Shown here: piece after piece, positions 24,360-36,831 of the stretch
Position numbering within the stretch: position 1 is the stretch's first letter
Layout of the letters: the number at the start of each line of letters is the position of its first letter
Assembly: GCA_026023565.1 (NCBI GenBank)
Contig: JAPETS010000003.1
Location: 682,001-746,000 of the forward strand
Direction of reading: 5' to 3'
Length of the DNA stretch: 64,000 nt
Source of the DNA: Cirrosporium novae-zelandiae
Taxonomy: Eukaryota
Notes under the pieces: generated by a model
Databases searched by the model: none
Seen by the model: the letters and a program-made list of their open reading frames with translations, nothing else
What the model was told of the DNA's origin: nothing
Translations under genes and position numbers: made by a program

Positions 24360-26180
24360 ATGGCTACAATTCCGTTCGTTCATACCCTACATGGCGTCAA
24401 CGTGAATGATGTTAATAAGGATCAAATTATCACAGTGGTTAGACGTATCAATCCAAATGTCCGGGTTTCGAAAATTTGGGTGAAACGCGACCTTTGGCAA
24501 GTCTTGTTACAAGAAGGAACAAATTTGAGTAGGAATCAGTTCAGTGGCCATGTAGCGGCAGTTAAAAGTGCGCCCAAGAACACAGCACTTCAACAAACGA
24601 ATGCTGGTGCTAGTGCTGCACCTGCACCCATACCTGCACCCGTACCTGCACCCGTATCTACAACCATATCTTCAGCAGCAAATAACAGTAGCGATAATAA
24701 ACCACCCCAAGATCTCGTGCGATGGAAGTACCAGAGAGAGGGTTCAACAGAGATCGAGTTGGCAACTCGAAAATTGGTCAAAAGATTTAACATACCTTCC
24801 CTTCGGCCACTCCCAGGAACCTATATACTATCAAGGATGTTAACCCCTCATGGGATAGTGGCCACAAGCATAGAGGATATCCAGAGAGCAGTCAATATTC
24901 CTAGTATACATCAAGTATTAGTAAAGTATCCTAACAGCAGCAATCATTCCAGTTACATATTGGCCCCAGATGGCATTCCATGTGCTTATAGAGGTGCAGG
25001 ACCGGTTTGGAAAAATAATTCATGTGCCTATGACAGCATCGTTGTAGCCGGTACTTTCCTCGACTTGGGGTATATCCCCGCTGATCTACAATCCATGTCT
25101 CCTAATACGTGGCGTTCGACATTGAATGAGATCGAACGAATCTACTGGCGGTCTATCCGGGTTGACTGGAGGATCCAGAGCTCCGAGAAGAGCATCAAAA
25201 CAAGACACCAGCTTCTCCAACTCATCCTTGACAGAATGCCGGACAGAGATAAAGATCCGGACAGGTATAGAATTGGAAGATTTCTCCCAACGGCATCTTT
25301 ATGGGACGCCTGTACGTCAGCTTTCGGCCAGTTCAAATTCAACACCCAGAAAATCTGTACTTCCTGCCATAAACCAATGAATCCCCGCGTTAGTGCAAGA
25401 AAGGGCCTCGACTGCGGCCATCCAGCAGGATCTTCATTAAACGCCTTTCTAGAATCTCAATTCGGTGCTGGCAAATGCCCTCCATTGAATTGCCAATTCT
25501 GCAAACAGGTGGTCGAGGGAACGAATGCCGTTATCAGCGAATTACCACCAAGACTTGCCATAAAATTCGGCACCGTAGAGCTCAATAAAGGTGGGCCGAT
25601 GTCGGGCCTAGAAGAGGAGAAAATCCCACTGAAGTACTATACGATACCAGAGAAGGGAGGAGATATCAGCAAAGAAAAAAAAACGACATACAAGTGGATC
25701 GGTGGAATATATTACTCAGCCAAGCATTTCCGAGTCTACTGGAACGACGGCGAGTATGGCAGGGAACAAGACACGATCATGTACTGCGGCATGACCAGTC
25801 TAGGCAGCTTCATCGGCGAACTCAAGTTCACAGCGGCTGACGGAACCCGGGTGCGGGTTCCCTCACCCTGGAGCGACAGTCCGACCATCCTGTTCTACGA
25901 GCGGGTCGACTTCGTACACAAGGACAGCTCCCTCGAGAAAGTAAGAGGAACTTTGCGATCTATGGACCTAGACAGAATTTCCGAGGAAGAGGATGAACCC
26001 CAGGCGGAATCTCAAACCGAAGACCCAGGCCCAAGTAATAGTGGCCAAAGCAGCTCCCAGAAACGAAAAATTGAAACAATCGACATCTCCGATGACGACG
26101 AGGACGACGACAGAAAATCCCTATTAGCGGGTGTTAGAGGTCCAGGTGTAACCCCCCCCCGCAAGAAGAGAAAATCTTAA
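24360..26180 (+). CDS. Intronless 606-aa protein with USP/peptidase-C19-like Cys box and His box
   Basis: GPVWKNNSCAYDS (Cys-box-like), two CxxC pairs (CTSC, CQFC), ELPPRLAI, YKWIGGIYYSAKHFRVYW (His-box-like), terminal ILFYER strand, basic NLS-like end PPRKKRKS. Confidence 0.75.
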   Translation: MATIPFVHTLHGVNVNDVNKDQIITVVRRINPNVRVSKIWVKRDLWQVLLQEGTNLSRNQFSGHVAAVKSAPKNTALQQTNAGASAAPAPIPAPVPAPVSTTISSAANNSSDNKPPQDLVRWKYQREGSTEIELATRKLVKRFNIPSLRPLPGTYILSRMLTPHGIVATSIEDIQRAVNIPSIHQVLVKYPNSSNHSSYILAPDGIPCAYRGAGPVWKNNSCAYDSIVVAGTFLDLGYIPADLQSMSPNTWRSTLNEIERIYWRSIRVDWRIQSSEKSIKTRHQLLQLILDRMPDRDKDPDRYRIGRFLPTASLWDACTSAFGQFKFNTQKICTSCHKPMNPRVSARKGLDCGHPAGSSLNAFLESQFGAGKCPPLNCQFCKQVVEGTNAVISELPPRLAIKFGTVELNKGGPMSGLEEEKIPLKYYTIPEKGGDISKEKKTTYKWIGGIYYSAKHFRVYWNDGEYGREQDTIMYCGMTSLGSFIGELKFTAADGTRVRVPSPWSDSPTILFYERVDFVHKDSSLEKVRGTLRSMDLDRISEEEDEPQAESQTEDPGPSNSGQSSSQKRKIETIDISDDDEDDDRKSLLAGVRGPGVTPPRKKRKS

Positions 26181-27384
26181 TCTGGGAGGAGGGAGACCCC
26201 AACCTCAGGGCCCTACACTTATATTCACTTATCATATAATATAACCACGTGCCAACGACTTTCGCCCATTTATTACTATTATCCTTTTAATATAACGCAA
26301 CCACTGAAATGATTTTTATATTCTATAATCAAATTTATTATAATCTTCAACCATCTTATTTCAAGAATCCCATCTCAGATTTTCACTCATACAACCTTAT
26401 GGTAGTATAGTTATTCCTAATATTTTGTGTTAGTAGATAGCAAGTTTAATCTTTTTAACTTACCCTCTAGGTGATGAAGAGAAAGAGAGAGAGAATTATT
26501 ACAGATTATTAGAAATCATGAAGGGTTCCAGCAGCTCTACTCTAGATAGGTGAAGAAGAACCCCCTGCTCTAATATCTAAAGCCTGCTGCAGCAGGAGTT
26601 GGGTTTCTCATGAAGGGGGGATGATGTATATATGGGATAGGTAGTTTATTTAGAGATAATATCTACAGATTTATACGTCGATAGGACTCTGTGTGTGTGT
26701 ATGTGTGCGTGTACACCCCTGCATTAGTTTTTCATATTAAAGCAACTAAAGGTGAATCATAGTGGGGTGGGGGGCAGCAGGCAGAAAGAAAGTTGATTTA
26801 TATAAAATACAGCAAGCAAGCAAAGAAAGCAAGGTCCCCCACAACCCCTCCTCGAATATAGAGAAATCTTTCTCATTTAAGAGTGCGTAGTGCTATGGGT
26901 GTGGGTGTGGTGTATTGAAAGGACGTTAAGAAGCTGCTGTAGATATGTAGATAGGTTCGGCGGCGGGTCACATCGGGTATTGCATGTAGGTGGGCCGAAC
27001 CCCGTGGCCTCGGGCACTTTTATCCCGATACGTACCCGGCCTATCTATATCTAATTATTTTGACCATTCATTTCATTTTTAGGGGACTTCAGCTGTCTAG
27101 ATCTAACATATAATATCAAATTCTCTCTTGTTTCGTCGTATGGTTGCTGACATATATCGTTTCCTCTTTAAATGAAAAGATTGTCTGACTTGACTTGAGC
27201 ATACTATGATGTCAAGCTATCATGGAAGTAGATATGAATCACTTGATTTATTATTTATTTATTTTTTTGGTGAAGCTATGGCTTAACTAATATACAGTAG
27301 GACAAAAAAAAGGGGAGAGGAGCGAGTGGAAAATAGTCTATATAAGAATATACCCTGCATATATTCCCCCACTACTAATCCACA

Positions 27385-28549
27385 CTACTCCCCATACTTT
27401 CCTTCCTTCCTTCCCTCCCTCCCAAACTCCACCGTCCTCCCATCAAACCCCCACCTAACCCAAGGCCAAACCAGCATCCCCAACCCCCCCATCAACGTAT
27501 CCCAAACCCAATAATTCCTCGGACTCGGCCCCCTCATATTCCCCAACAACACCGCCCCCTGCAAATCCGTCGTAATAAAAAACTCGCCCCTTTCCAACCC
27601 CCGCACAATTTTTCCAGCAATGACCATCGAGCTATCAAGTCGTTTCCGGAGTTCCTCTTCCGTACCCTGGCTCCCTTCAAAGGACTTGAGAAGAGTGGGC
27701 TTGGTTGACTGTTCTTCTAGGAAGGAGTCTGTTATGAAGGTGCCTGGAAAGCTGCAGTGGACTTGGTATTTACTCGTGTTGCCGTAAAGCAGAAGTTCCT
27801 GTCTTAATGTGTCTGCGAGCGCGCGGATCGCGACTTTAGGAGTTGTGTAGGCTGCATAGCCTGGCAGTCCCACGAACGCGGCGGAGCTAGATGTGAAGAC
27901 TACATGTCTAGGCTCCTTCATGTCCGCTGGGGCAGGGTTTTGTAGCCATAGTTTAATGACCGCCCGCGTGATGAAAACGGAAGTGTAGTAATTCATGTCC
28001 ATGCATGCTCTGATAGCATCTGGAGAGAGCTCGGCTAGGAAATTTATCTGAGAGGGGGGTGAACCACCCGCGACGCAGATCAGGATATCGGGGATGGCAT
28101 TGTACTCTTTTAGAATGCGGTCAACGTCATTCGCATCAGAGAGGTCAACAGAGATGGTGTCGATGGTCTGCGATGGTGATTTTCGAGCCTGCTGGATTTC
28201 GGATTTTGCTGCGTCGAGCGCGGGCTGAGATCGACTGAAGATGACTACATTTGCGCCTGCTATGCCGCAAGATGTCCAGGGAACCGAGGATTAGTGATTT
28301 GTTAATCATCTCTAGCTTAACTTTGCAAAAAAAAAAAAAGCGAGGACTGTCTTCAGAACGACTAATAATTGAAGGACAGGACGAACCTTTTTTGACGAGC
28401 AGTATCGCGAGATCTTTTCCTAGACCTCTGGATCCGCCACCGATGAAGACAAGCTAGAACGGTATTAATACCTCAATTGATATGTTTGGTAACCCTTCTG
28501 CAGGTTGGATACTAGCCTTGTCTTGAACCTGAAAGTGGTTGGAAGGCAT
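27385..28549 (-). CDS. tsc10: 3-ketodihydrosphingosine reductase-like SDR; introns 28454-28516, 28257-28386
   Basis: NHFQVQDK-LVFIGGGSRGLG Rossmann start, VVFTSS, GYAAYTTPKVAIRALADTLRQE (YxxxK) and C-terminal GPSPRN. Confidence 0.8.
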
Positions 28550-29023
28550 TGTATTCGTAATGAACTAAACCTAGATGTCTAGAAACACAAGTCTGGTAGA
28601 TTATCAGTTGTATAATGATATTTCTTAGCAACTTTATCTCTAGAAACCTCAAATATTGAGATTCTATAGATTGAAAATGCGGGTAGACTCTGTGGAAATT
28701 TACATCTATTGCTTTATAACTTCTGCCTGGATATTTATCTTATCTTCTATCCCATGGCCCATACCCGAAGTACCTTGGTGTCCATCCCTGCCCCGTTTGT
28801 CATCAGGAAGCCCCAGACAACAAAAAGAGAGAAAAATATGAAACGACAAAATATATTGCATTATTTATCTGCATCATGTAAAGACTAGGTCTGATATATA
28901 CCGTATTGTTGCTCCACTGGGGAGGCGGGCCCTGCCGTCGAATTCGAGTAGCCAAGGAGCCACCTCAATACAGCCATTATTCCATACACAATAACCCTAT
29001 ACATCCCATACGTAATTATTTCA

Positions 29024-31385
29024 TCAAGGATCAATGTCCACGACTGGATAAGTCGTATCCGCCAACGTAACAGCATCAGGGTTTGATTCCGCAATTCCCG
29101 AGTACTTGTTAACCCACCCCAACACCTGCTGATGCCAAACAAGGCTATTCTCTTGGTTTGTCACCCAATGATTCTCATCTGGGAAACTTAAGAATCGGCT
29201 TGGCACGCCGCGCTCTTGGAGAACGTTGAACAATCCAATACCCTCAGAGATAGGTAGTCTGTAATCAAGCTCATTGTGAATAACCAAGTGCGGTGTTGCA
29301 TACTGCAAGAGGTGATCCGCTCGAGAGGGACTGAAGCGCTCATAATTTTCGCGGTTATCCCACAGTGTGCCATTAAAGTCATGTTGCATAAACCAGAGTT
29401 CCTCGGTTCCGATTTCACCTTCAGCAGAGAATACTCCATCATGTGTGACGAGAGCTTGAAATTCACGGCCTAGAGGACTTCCTTGGATCCAGTTAATCAT
29501 GAAGCCACCATAGCTGGCTCCGAGGGCTACGCCTGGGTCAGTGTCGACGTAGGAAATGTTGTCGCGAGCATATTCCCAAGCCTTCATGAGGTCGTAGTAT
29601 GGTGCGCCGCCCCAGTCGTTCTGAATCTTATCTGTCAGAAGCTCACCGAAGCTTGTGCTCCCGGTGGGGTTTGGGGCTATCACTATGTAGCCTTGGTCGG
29701 CAAAAACTTTAAGGTTCCAGCGGGTGCTCCAGCTATTTGCCCAGTCACCTTGGGGACCGCCATGGATAAGGAATGCTAAAGGATAAGTCTTGTTCTCGGT
29801 GAAGCCTTCAGGTTTAACAATCCAGGATTGTATGGTCGTCCAGTTTCCTTCGTAGTAAAACTCGTCTACATCTTCTGGACCGAGCCCTGATAGTTCTTCA
29901 TCTACCTCATTCGCAGCAAATAGAATAGTTTTTGTACCATTTGTGGTTGCAATGTAATAGTCTACGCTTGACCATATTGACGTACTCGTGACTAAAACAG
30001 AAGAGTCTGGGAGAATATAGTATGAACTAACGACTCCCTCATCTGTGAAGTTTGTGGGCACATAATTCGCGCTAGCAGTTGTCGGGATAACAAAGAGTCT
30101 CTCACGTGCATAATCTGCGGCAGCGACATACAATGTTTTATTATTAGCCCATTTGATGGTATCTGGAGATCTGTCCCAGTTCGTGGCAACTCCAGTAATG
30201 TTGTGGCTGGTGAGTGAGGCGATATAAAGTTTATTCCTGTCAGACTCGTATGTATTTTCATCCATCTGGAAGTACGCCACCTTGGTACCATCGGGAGAAA
30301 AGATTGGAGCAGATGATGCACCCTTGGCATTTGGAGGAGTGGCGGTGTTGTTTAGTCCGTTGATGGCAAATGCCGTCTGAGATCCATTATGAGGAACCAA
30401 ATAGATATAACTAGTAGTGTAATTGGCTTTTGGAATCTCTGGAGCCTTGCTCATAAAGACGACTGTAGTACCATCTGGAGACAAGTCGTAATCTGAAGAA
30501 CCGCCAAATGGAGGATATGGAGATTCTGCATATTTGACAGGAGCAACAAGATTGGTCAGCTCCCCATCAAAGGTATAGCTTACAGAATTTGTAGAATTAG
30601 ACGCCTTCAATATGCCTGAGAAGACTGCTTGAAATTCTGGTGTCAAATAATAATCCCAATGGCGAATGTAGATGCTGTCATAGATACGTGCCGAGCTTAG
30701 TGGCTCTTCAACCAGTTCTTCGTTGTAGGCAGTCCCATTAGGGTATGAATCTCCCCAGAGAACAAAATTGATATCACCGCTAGTTGTAATCGCAGCTTTC
30801 AGACCTTCCAAAGGGGCAGGGATGGAAGCTACTTTGGACCTATACAAATGTCAGAATACCAGGAGTTCCTGCCAGCCAGAGGAGTGAAGTACAAACCCAT
30901 TCGCAAAGTCATCGATATCAGAAATCCAAAGTTCCACGCCGCCAGCCACCTCTTCATTTGTACCATTGATATAAAGAACGCTGGTAGGCTCAGAGCCCAG
31001 CCAAATTATCTCAGACACATTACTATCATTTGTAAGAATAGATGTGTCGCCGGTCTTCAGATCCAAAAGGGCCCAGTACGAAGTTGAATCGTGCTCGTCG
31101 AACGAATACTGCGATACAGAAAAGAAGGCAATATCCTATCAGTTGAACATATAATATTAGCAATTATCATCAAATTAAAGCTGACAGCCAAGGTACTTAC
31201 TCCAGACGGATTTGGGACTGCTTCACTTCTTCGGGGAGCGCTGAGCATCTGTCTAGAGTTTGTCCACCACTATTAGTTTGGTTTTTCTCGGAGACAGAAC
31301 CCTTCAGGTGAACTTACTCGGGAGTAATAGCAAAAGCGCATGGCAGAATTGCCAAGGCAGCTGGGAAAAGTCGCTTGAATCCCAT
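29024..31385 (-). CDS. dpp5: Secreted dipeptidyl-peptidase V (family S9), multi-exon
   Basis: Signal peptide MGFKRLFPAALAILPCAFA-ITPE, then MLSAPRRSEAVPNPSG, IHGGPQG, nucleophile GASYGG, DYRLP and FPDENHWV catalytic His. Confidence 0.92.
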
Positions 31386-32250
31386 CTTGTAGAGACTCAA
31401 TTGAGCTTTCTAATGACAAGCAAAACCTTAGAAAAAGTGACAGAATAACGAAGGCAGCATATAGGAGCCCGAGGTTATTAAATAGGCAGGCTCCTGGCCC
31501 TACATGATTAGACAGGCCATTGTGATCGTACCTTCCCAGCTTGTACGGTTGCTATTTAATTTATTGATTCTTGGTCAATTGGGCCCATGAACCCTCGACC
31601 TGCCCAGATGAGTATTCACGGAGAAATATATGGGGGTACAGATCAGTCCGGCATCTTGGAAGATGGTTAGCTATCATGATTGCAAATAAAGATTTGTGAT
31701 ACGGATGTTTCTAGCAAATGAGATTGTTTATCGGTTGCAGAAGCCAAGAAAACTTGACTAGATACGAGGTCGTTAGCCATGCAGGAATCATAACCTGGAA
31801 TACAACCCCATGTTGCTGCTCTCAATGCAGAGTTCACGCAAGCCATCACTAGGCCAGAGCTCGTGATTATTATTCTTCCGCACACCATATAACTCCATCC
31901 TCGACGCCATTAATTTCATTCTCGTTTTTTTTCAAGTTAGCTTCCGGCTGACCGTTGAGTTCAATTGGACCTGCATTAGTGGAGCCCGGGGTTTAAGGTA
32001 GCATCCATCAATGTAGCACTCCAGATCTAATCTACTCGAGTAATTGCCATCACTCCCAGGACCTCACCTTTCATATTATCATTTATTTGGAGTTTAGGAG
32101 TGAAGCTTTTATAGCCATTATATAGAAATAATGCAAGCAGGTAGCTCTACAGCACGTTCGCAACTACAGAAATGGTCGAAAATAATTAGATTTCTTTCTT
32201 ATTGTCCTATTGAGCTAGTTTGGGATACTCTCTTCATGCCTTCAACTTCA

Positions 32251-34240
32251 CTAAGAAGGCTGTTTCAGAGACTCCAAATTTTCCAGTGTATCCTGAGCAT
32301 ATTTGGATATTGAGCAATCTATCGGAGCCGTACACTTCAGTTTCATGCATTCCAGGTCCATGATGTCTTTTATAGCATGGTCAATCTTCGTCTTCCAAAG
32401 CTTGTATTTTCTAGTTTCCAATTTCTCCGTCTTCTCGACCAAGATAGAGTCTGGAGCATGGTGTGTTATCGTTATCATTTTAGATGTTGTCGTCAAATGC
32501 ATTGCAGGGCTGCTAGTGCCCATTATGTCCTTACACCTGTCGAGAGTCATCCGAACTTCGTTTTCAAGACAAAGTGATACGCATAAAGTAGATGGCAAGC
32601 ATCCTTTCCAACTAGATTCCTAGGGTACTTATGACACTGAAGGTTCTTAGACGTTGTATTATCTGAATTGCTGCAAGAGGCGCCTTCACCTGGGGAAGTC
32701 TCAGGATTATCGTCTCGACCATATCTCTCTCGCTTTTTACTAGGATTCCTAGAGCCTTCGAGCAGCGAAACGAACACATCAGGGACGAGGATTAAAAATA
32801 CCCGCTTTTTAAGAACATCATTGGTAGATTCATAGAGAGCGAGAAGGAACTTGATACCTGTGGACTGCATTTTTTGTTTCACAAATGGTAAAGCACTGAT
32901 AATATGAGCTACTTCACTTGAGAAAATTATATGAGTTGTGGGAATACTTACTATTGATGAAAGAAATTTCCTTCCTGGAGTTCAGTTGACAAAAGAGCAA
33001 GGGCATGACAATCCTCAGGCACAATCCCTATACCCTTCTTGACATTTTCCAGCATCCCCCTAAGATTTCCAATTCTCCAGGCTTGCAAAGATCCCAAGGT
33101 TTCATTACTTGCGGGTGCACCTATACCAATGGAGCTATTTGCACCCCAGAGTATATGCTTCCATGCGTCGTAACATGTGTGGATGGAATGGAGACGTAAG
33201 AAAATTTCATCCGTGGCTTCTTTAAAGATCGTTGTCGAGCCATCTCTGAAAGCCTCACCTAGCTGACAAAATGAGGAAGCGGAGAAAACCACACTGTTCC
33301 AAGATATTTCTGTGAAGAGGCCTGCATCCTTAGTCTGGATAGAATACGAAATTGCCAAATTATATAAATTTCTTGCTGAGACCAGAGAACGACAGGTCTC
33401 CGCCAGCTGAACTTCTAGATCGCGATTGTGCGGGAAAGCCTTGGACTTCTCCACCAACGCCAAAAACCAATGTCGAATCGTAGCATCTGAAAGGCCTTTC
33501 ACACTCTTAAAGGAAAAATTAAATCGACTTTCTTCCGGGATTATTATAAGAGTATCCACATTTAGTGTAGCGTCTAATTTATCCATCCCAAAATATCCAT
33601 TTAAATACCCTTTAGGTACAGTCCTTTGGTTCAGCCAGCGAGGCCCTGTTGTATTATGGAGACCGGCATCGTATAGTGAACGACGTAATAGTGCAGTAAT
33701 ATTGCGAATCACGATGCGATTCTCATCAGGCAAGTGAACATATTTCCTATCAGTGGCGCTATCTCGCAGTCCCTGCAGAAGTATATTGGCTGGGTCAACT
33801 AGTATTTTAGAGGACACTGGGGATCCGTTGGCCTCCTTGACATCATATAGTTCATACCTTTGTTTGGAAACTTCAGGAATGGAATTTGAAGTATGGTTTG
33901 CAAAGGCTTGGTATTTCTCAAGCGCATCGGTCCTATGCAACAGTCCAAAGCATAAAAAAAACTCGTTTTGCTTGCAAATCTCTTGAAGTACCCGATAGCG
34001 GAACAGGTCAGCATCGCTCAGATCGCACTCAGCAGGAGATTTTCCTTGAAGTGAATAATGACTATTAAGGGGAAGTATCAAATAAGATAAACTCTTCCTA
34101 CACTCCTGAAAAGCATCGCGCCAGTCTTTCAATGCCGCGGTGAGCTTTTCTACATCAGGTTTGATACCAGAGATCGCATCGTATAGCATTATTTTAGTAC
34201 CATCTAAATAATCATCATTCGAACGAAGAAATAACGGTGT

Positions 34241-34283
<43 letters not shown>

Positions 34284-34433
34284 GTATTATAGATATACTG
34301 CATCCTATATTTTTATTAGTCAGTTCCAGGGATTCTTTTGAGGACGTTCAAACCTCTGTCACAGAAATATAAAGAGTAATAATGGAGAAAAAACTCACTT
34401 ATGAGTTCTGGTTTGCCACCAACCTTGGGTCAT
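32251..34433 (-). CDS. Multi-exon hypothetical protein, possibly degenerate
   Basis: 450-aa ORF 32951-34303 flanked by gtgagt/gtaagt donors (34398, 32951), with an upstream exon from ATG 34433 and downstream ORFs 32547-32882 and 32251-32598 in different frames. Confidence 0.55.
34241..34282. repeat. (ATC)14 microsatellite encoding poly-Asp on minus strand
   Basis: Directly visible. Confidence 0.95.
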
Positions 34434-36831
34434 GCCAAAAAAGCTCAGTATAGAGACAAATTCTACTGAGACCCGAGGATTGATATGTGGCCTTATTTCT
34501 TTTTGCTGGTCAAGGTAGTGACAGAAATGTCTGTTGTGGTTCTGCAGGTAAAGGGAAAATGAAAAAAAAAATATTGGAGGTGAAAGAACCGTACAATGAA
34601 GTAGCTTACCTTAGTCCTAGTGTTATTAAATGATCTGCAAGTCGTGTCCGCTGAAGGTCAATATTGACAAGGAGTTGTGATTATTCGTGATACCTAAAAG
34701 CTTACCCACAGGTAAAAGAAATATTACTTGAAATAAGATAGCTCATTCTATTACTCCCAATGACAAACGAAAACATCATGTCCTCAAATCTAAATAGAGA
34801 GCAAGGAACCTGCCTCCTTGCCTTAAAATCCTCTAGATAAAACGAATCTTCAACTTCTTTCAACCTAACTTTTCGCTCTAGTCAAACAGGAACAGAACGG
34901 GACTTGGACCTCAAAAATCTCCATCTATTGACTATTAACTCAAAAATGCATAGGTATGAGATGACCACGTCAATGCAAGGAAAGAGTGCAAGCTTGGGGC
35001 GTGTCTATATTAGTTAAAGAAGCCGTATTTAAGCCTTCCATTACCAGTACTTATATATGTGGATACGGTAGATGAGGTTAACGCTTCATCGTGACTCTTG
35101 ATTTCCACCCCTACGGAGACGATAGTTCGTAAATAGCAATTAGGAAGTCTCTATCTTGGAGATGTCTACTGTTAAGTGCGAATATAGTAGACACGCCAGC
35201 AGGTTAAAAGTCTGTGTGCTAAGTCGGTACCGACGGGGTAAATAACTATTAACTCCGATTGGTTTGATCAACCGTTCAGGGGCTCCTTACGATATATACT
35301 ATATAACTCTGGAAATGCTCAGCTTCTTATTAAACCAAAGATATGAATTTCAATTTTGTATGTGGTTACATTCATCACATAGCTTCAATACCATCACTTT
35401 TAGTCAAAGCTATTTAAAGACTCGAACAATAGATAACGCTAGTTGCTTTTCTCAACCTTGCACATCACCTTAATACTATCATTGATAAATTCATCCTGGA
35501 GCAGGATACGAATACCTCTCCCCTTTGTAATGACCATGCACCATTCATCCTGATCCTTCTTTCGAGCTATACAAACTTTACGATAATACATCTATATGTC
35601 GAAAACTCCTTGAGAAGTTCTAATGCAGAAGTCTAAAAGAAAAAACCTCTTCATTAACTGCCTCTATTTTTTTAAATAGATTCAAACTCCATACCCAGAC
35701 GGATTTTTTCGTCGAAAATCAAGGCCTTTGGCAATAATCATATTCGTTCATAAATCGAATCCATCCCTTCTGGTACAACAAATTACACGTTTCTATGCCC
35801 CCCTCCTCCTTTATCATGTTTTTGACAGACCATCAATTTTTTCAATAGTAAGGTAGGTTTATCCCTTCTTATAAGTAGTAGTATACAGTACACAGCAATA
35901 CCTACCATATTACCAAACTTATACAAGCGAAGCGTCAGATCCCTTCCAACAATACTAGAAGATAGCGATTTATTCCAGAAGCACATGTACAAAACCACTT
36001 GAATCCAAGGAAGTTAGTTTGTGAATTCTTTATAGGGGATTCATCAGAGGATCCCCGAATCTCATATCTAGAAAGGCAGGATCCTACGGTCCTAAATACA
36101 ACCCTAAGGAAGTCCGGTAGTTCCTTATATAGTACCGAACGTTGGTATCGATCTTAAAGTCTGGATAAGCCAAGTCCAACGACAAATCCAACATGGTAAA
36201 AGAAAAGGTTAGGGCAACACACCGGTAGACCAAAATATCTCCACAGCTAGGAACTAAAACCCCTTCTCCCTGACCGACCAAACAAAACCCCCCCTAAATC
36301 AATCGATCAATCGATCAGACCGAACTATATAATCTAATAGCTCAACCCCAAATCCAATTAAAGCATAAATAATCTCCTCGAATCTATTCAATTTACTATA
36401 TATAGACTGTATATATAAAAGACCTCATAGTATTAAGGTTTGGGCCACACGATAGACCATAAAACTCTTGGGCTAAATAAAATGCGAGTTAGTTATCTGG
36501 CTTCATCGTAGATGTGCGTAATTGGGGTTTATGATGATTGAAACGAAAATTATTTTAACGTTTTATACATGGTATTAGGATAGATATTAAGCCTGGGACA
36601 ATATGATTAGAAATCAAATCAGCATCAAAGCCAGTCTACCACTTCTTAATCTACTTGAAGCAACTACCAGCTATCAGCTATTCAACCGCCTATCTATCCA
36701 AGCAAGGAACAGCCACTCTCAACTTTCACACCCATCGCGTCCATAAAAACCCTCCCAAAGACCATGTAATCCAAACACCATACTCAGCGAAGCCATGACT
36801 ATTCTCTCGAATTTTCATGCTTCCAGTCCTC

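Noticed and set aside
28257..28386. 130-nt tsc10 intron as a C/D snoRNA host
   Set aside because: No correctly ordered RUGAUGA...CUGA boxes or terminal stem; the extra length is partly a poly-T run.
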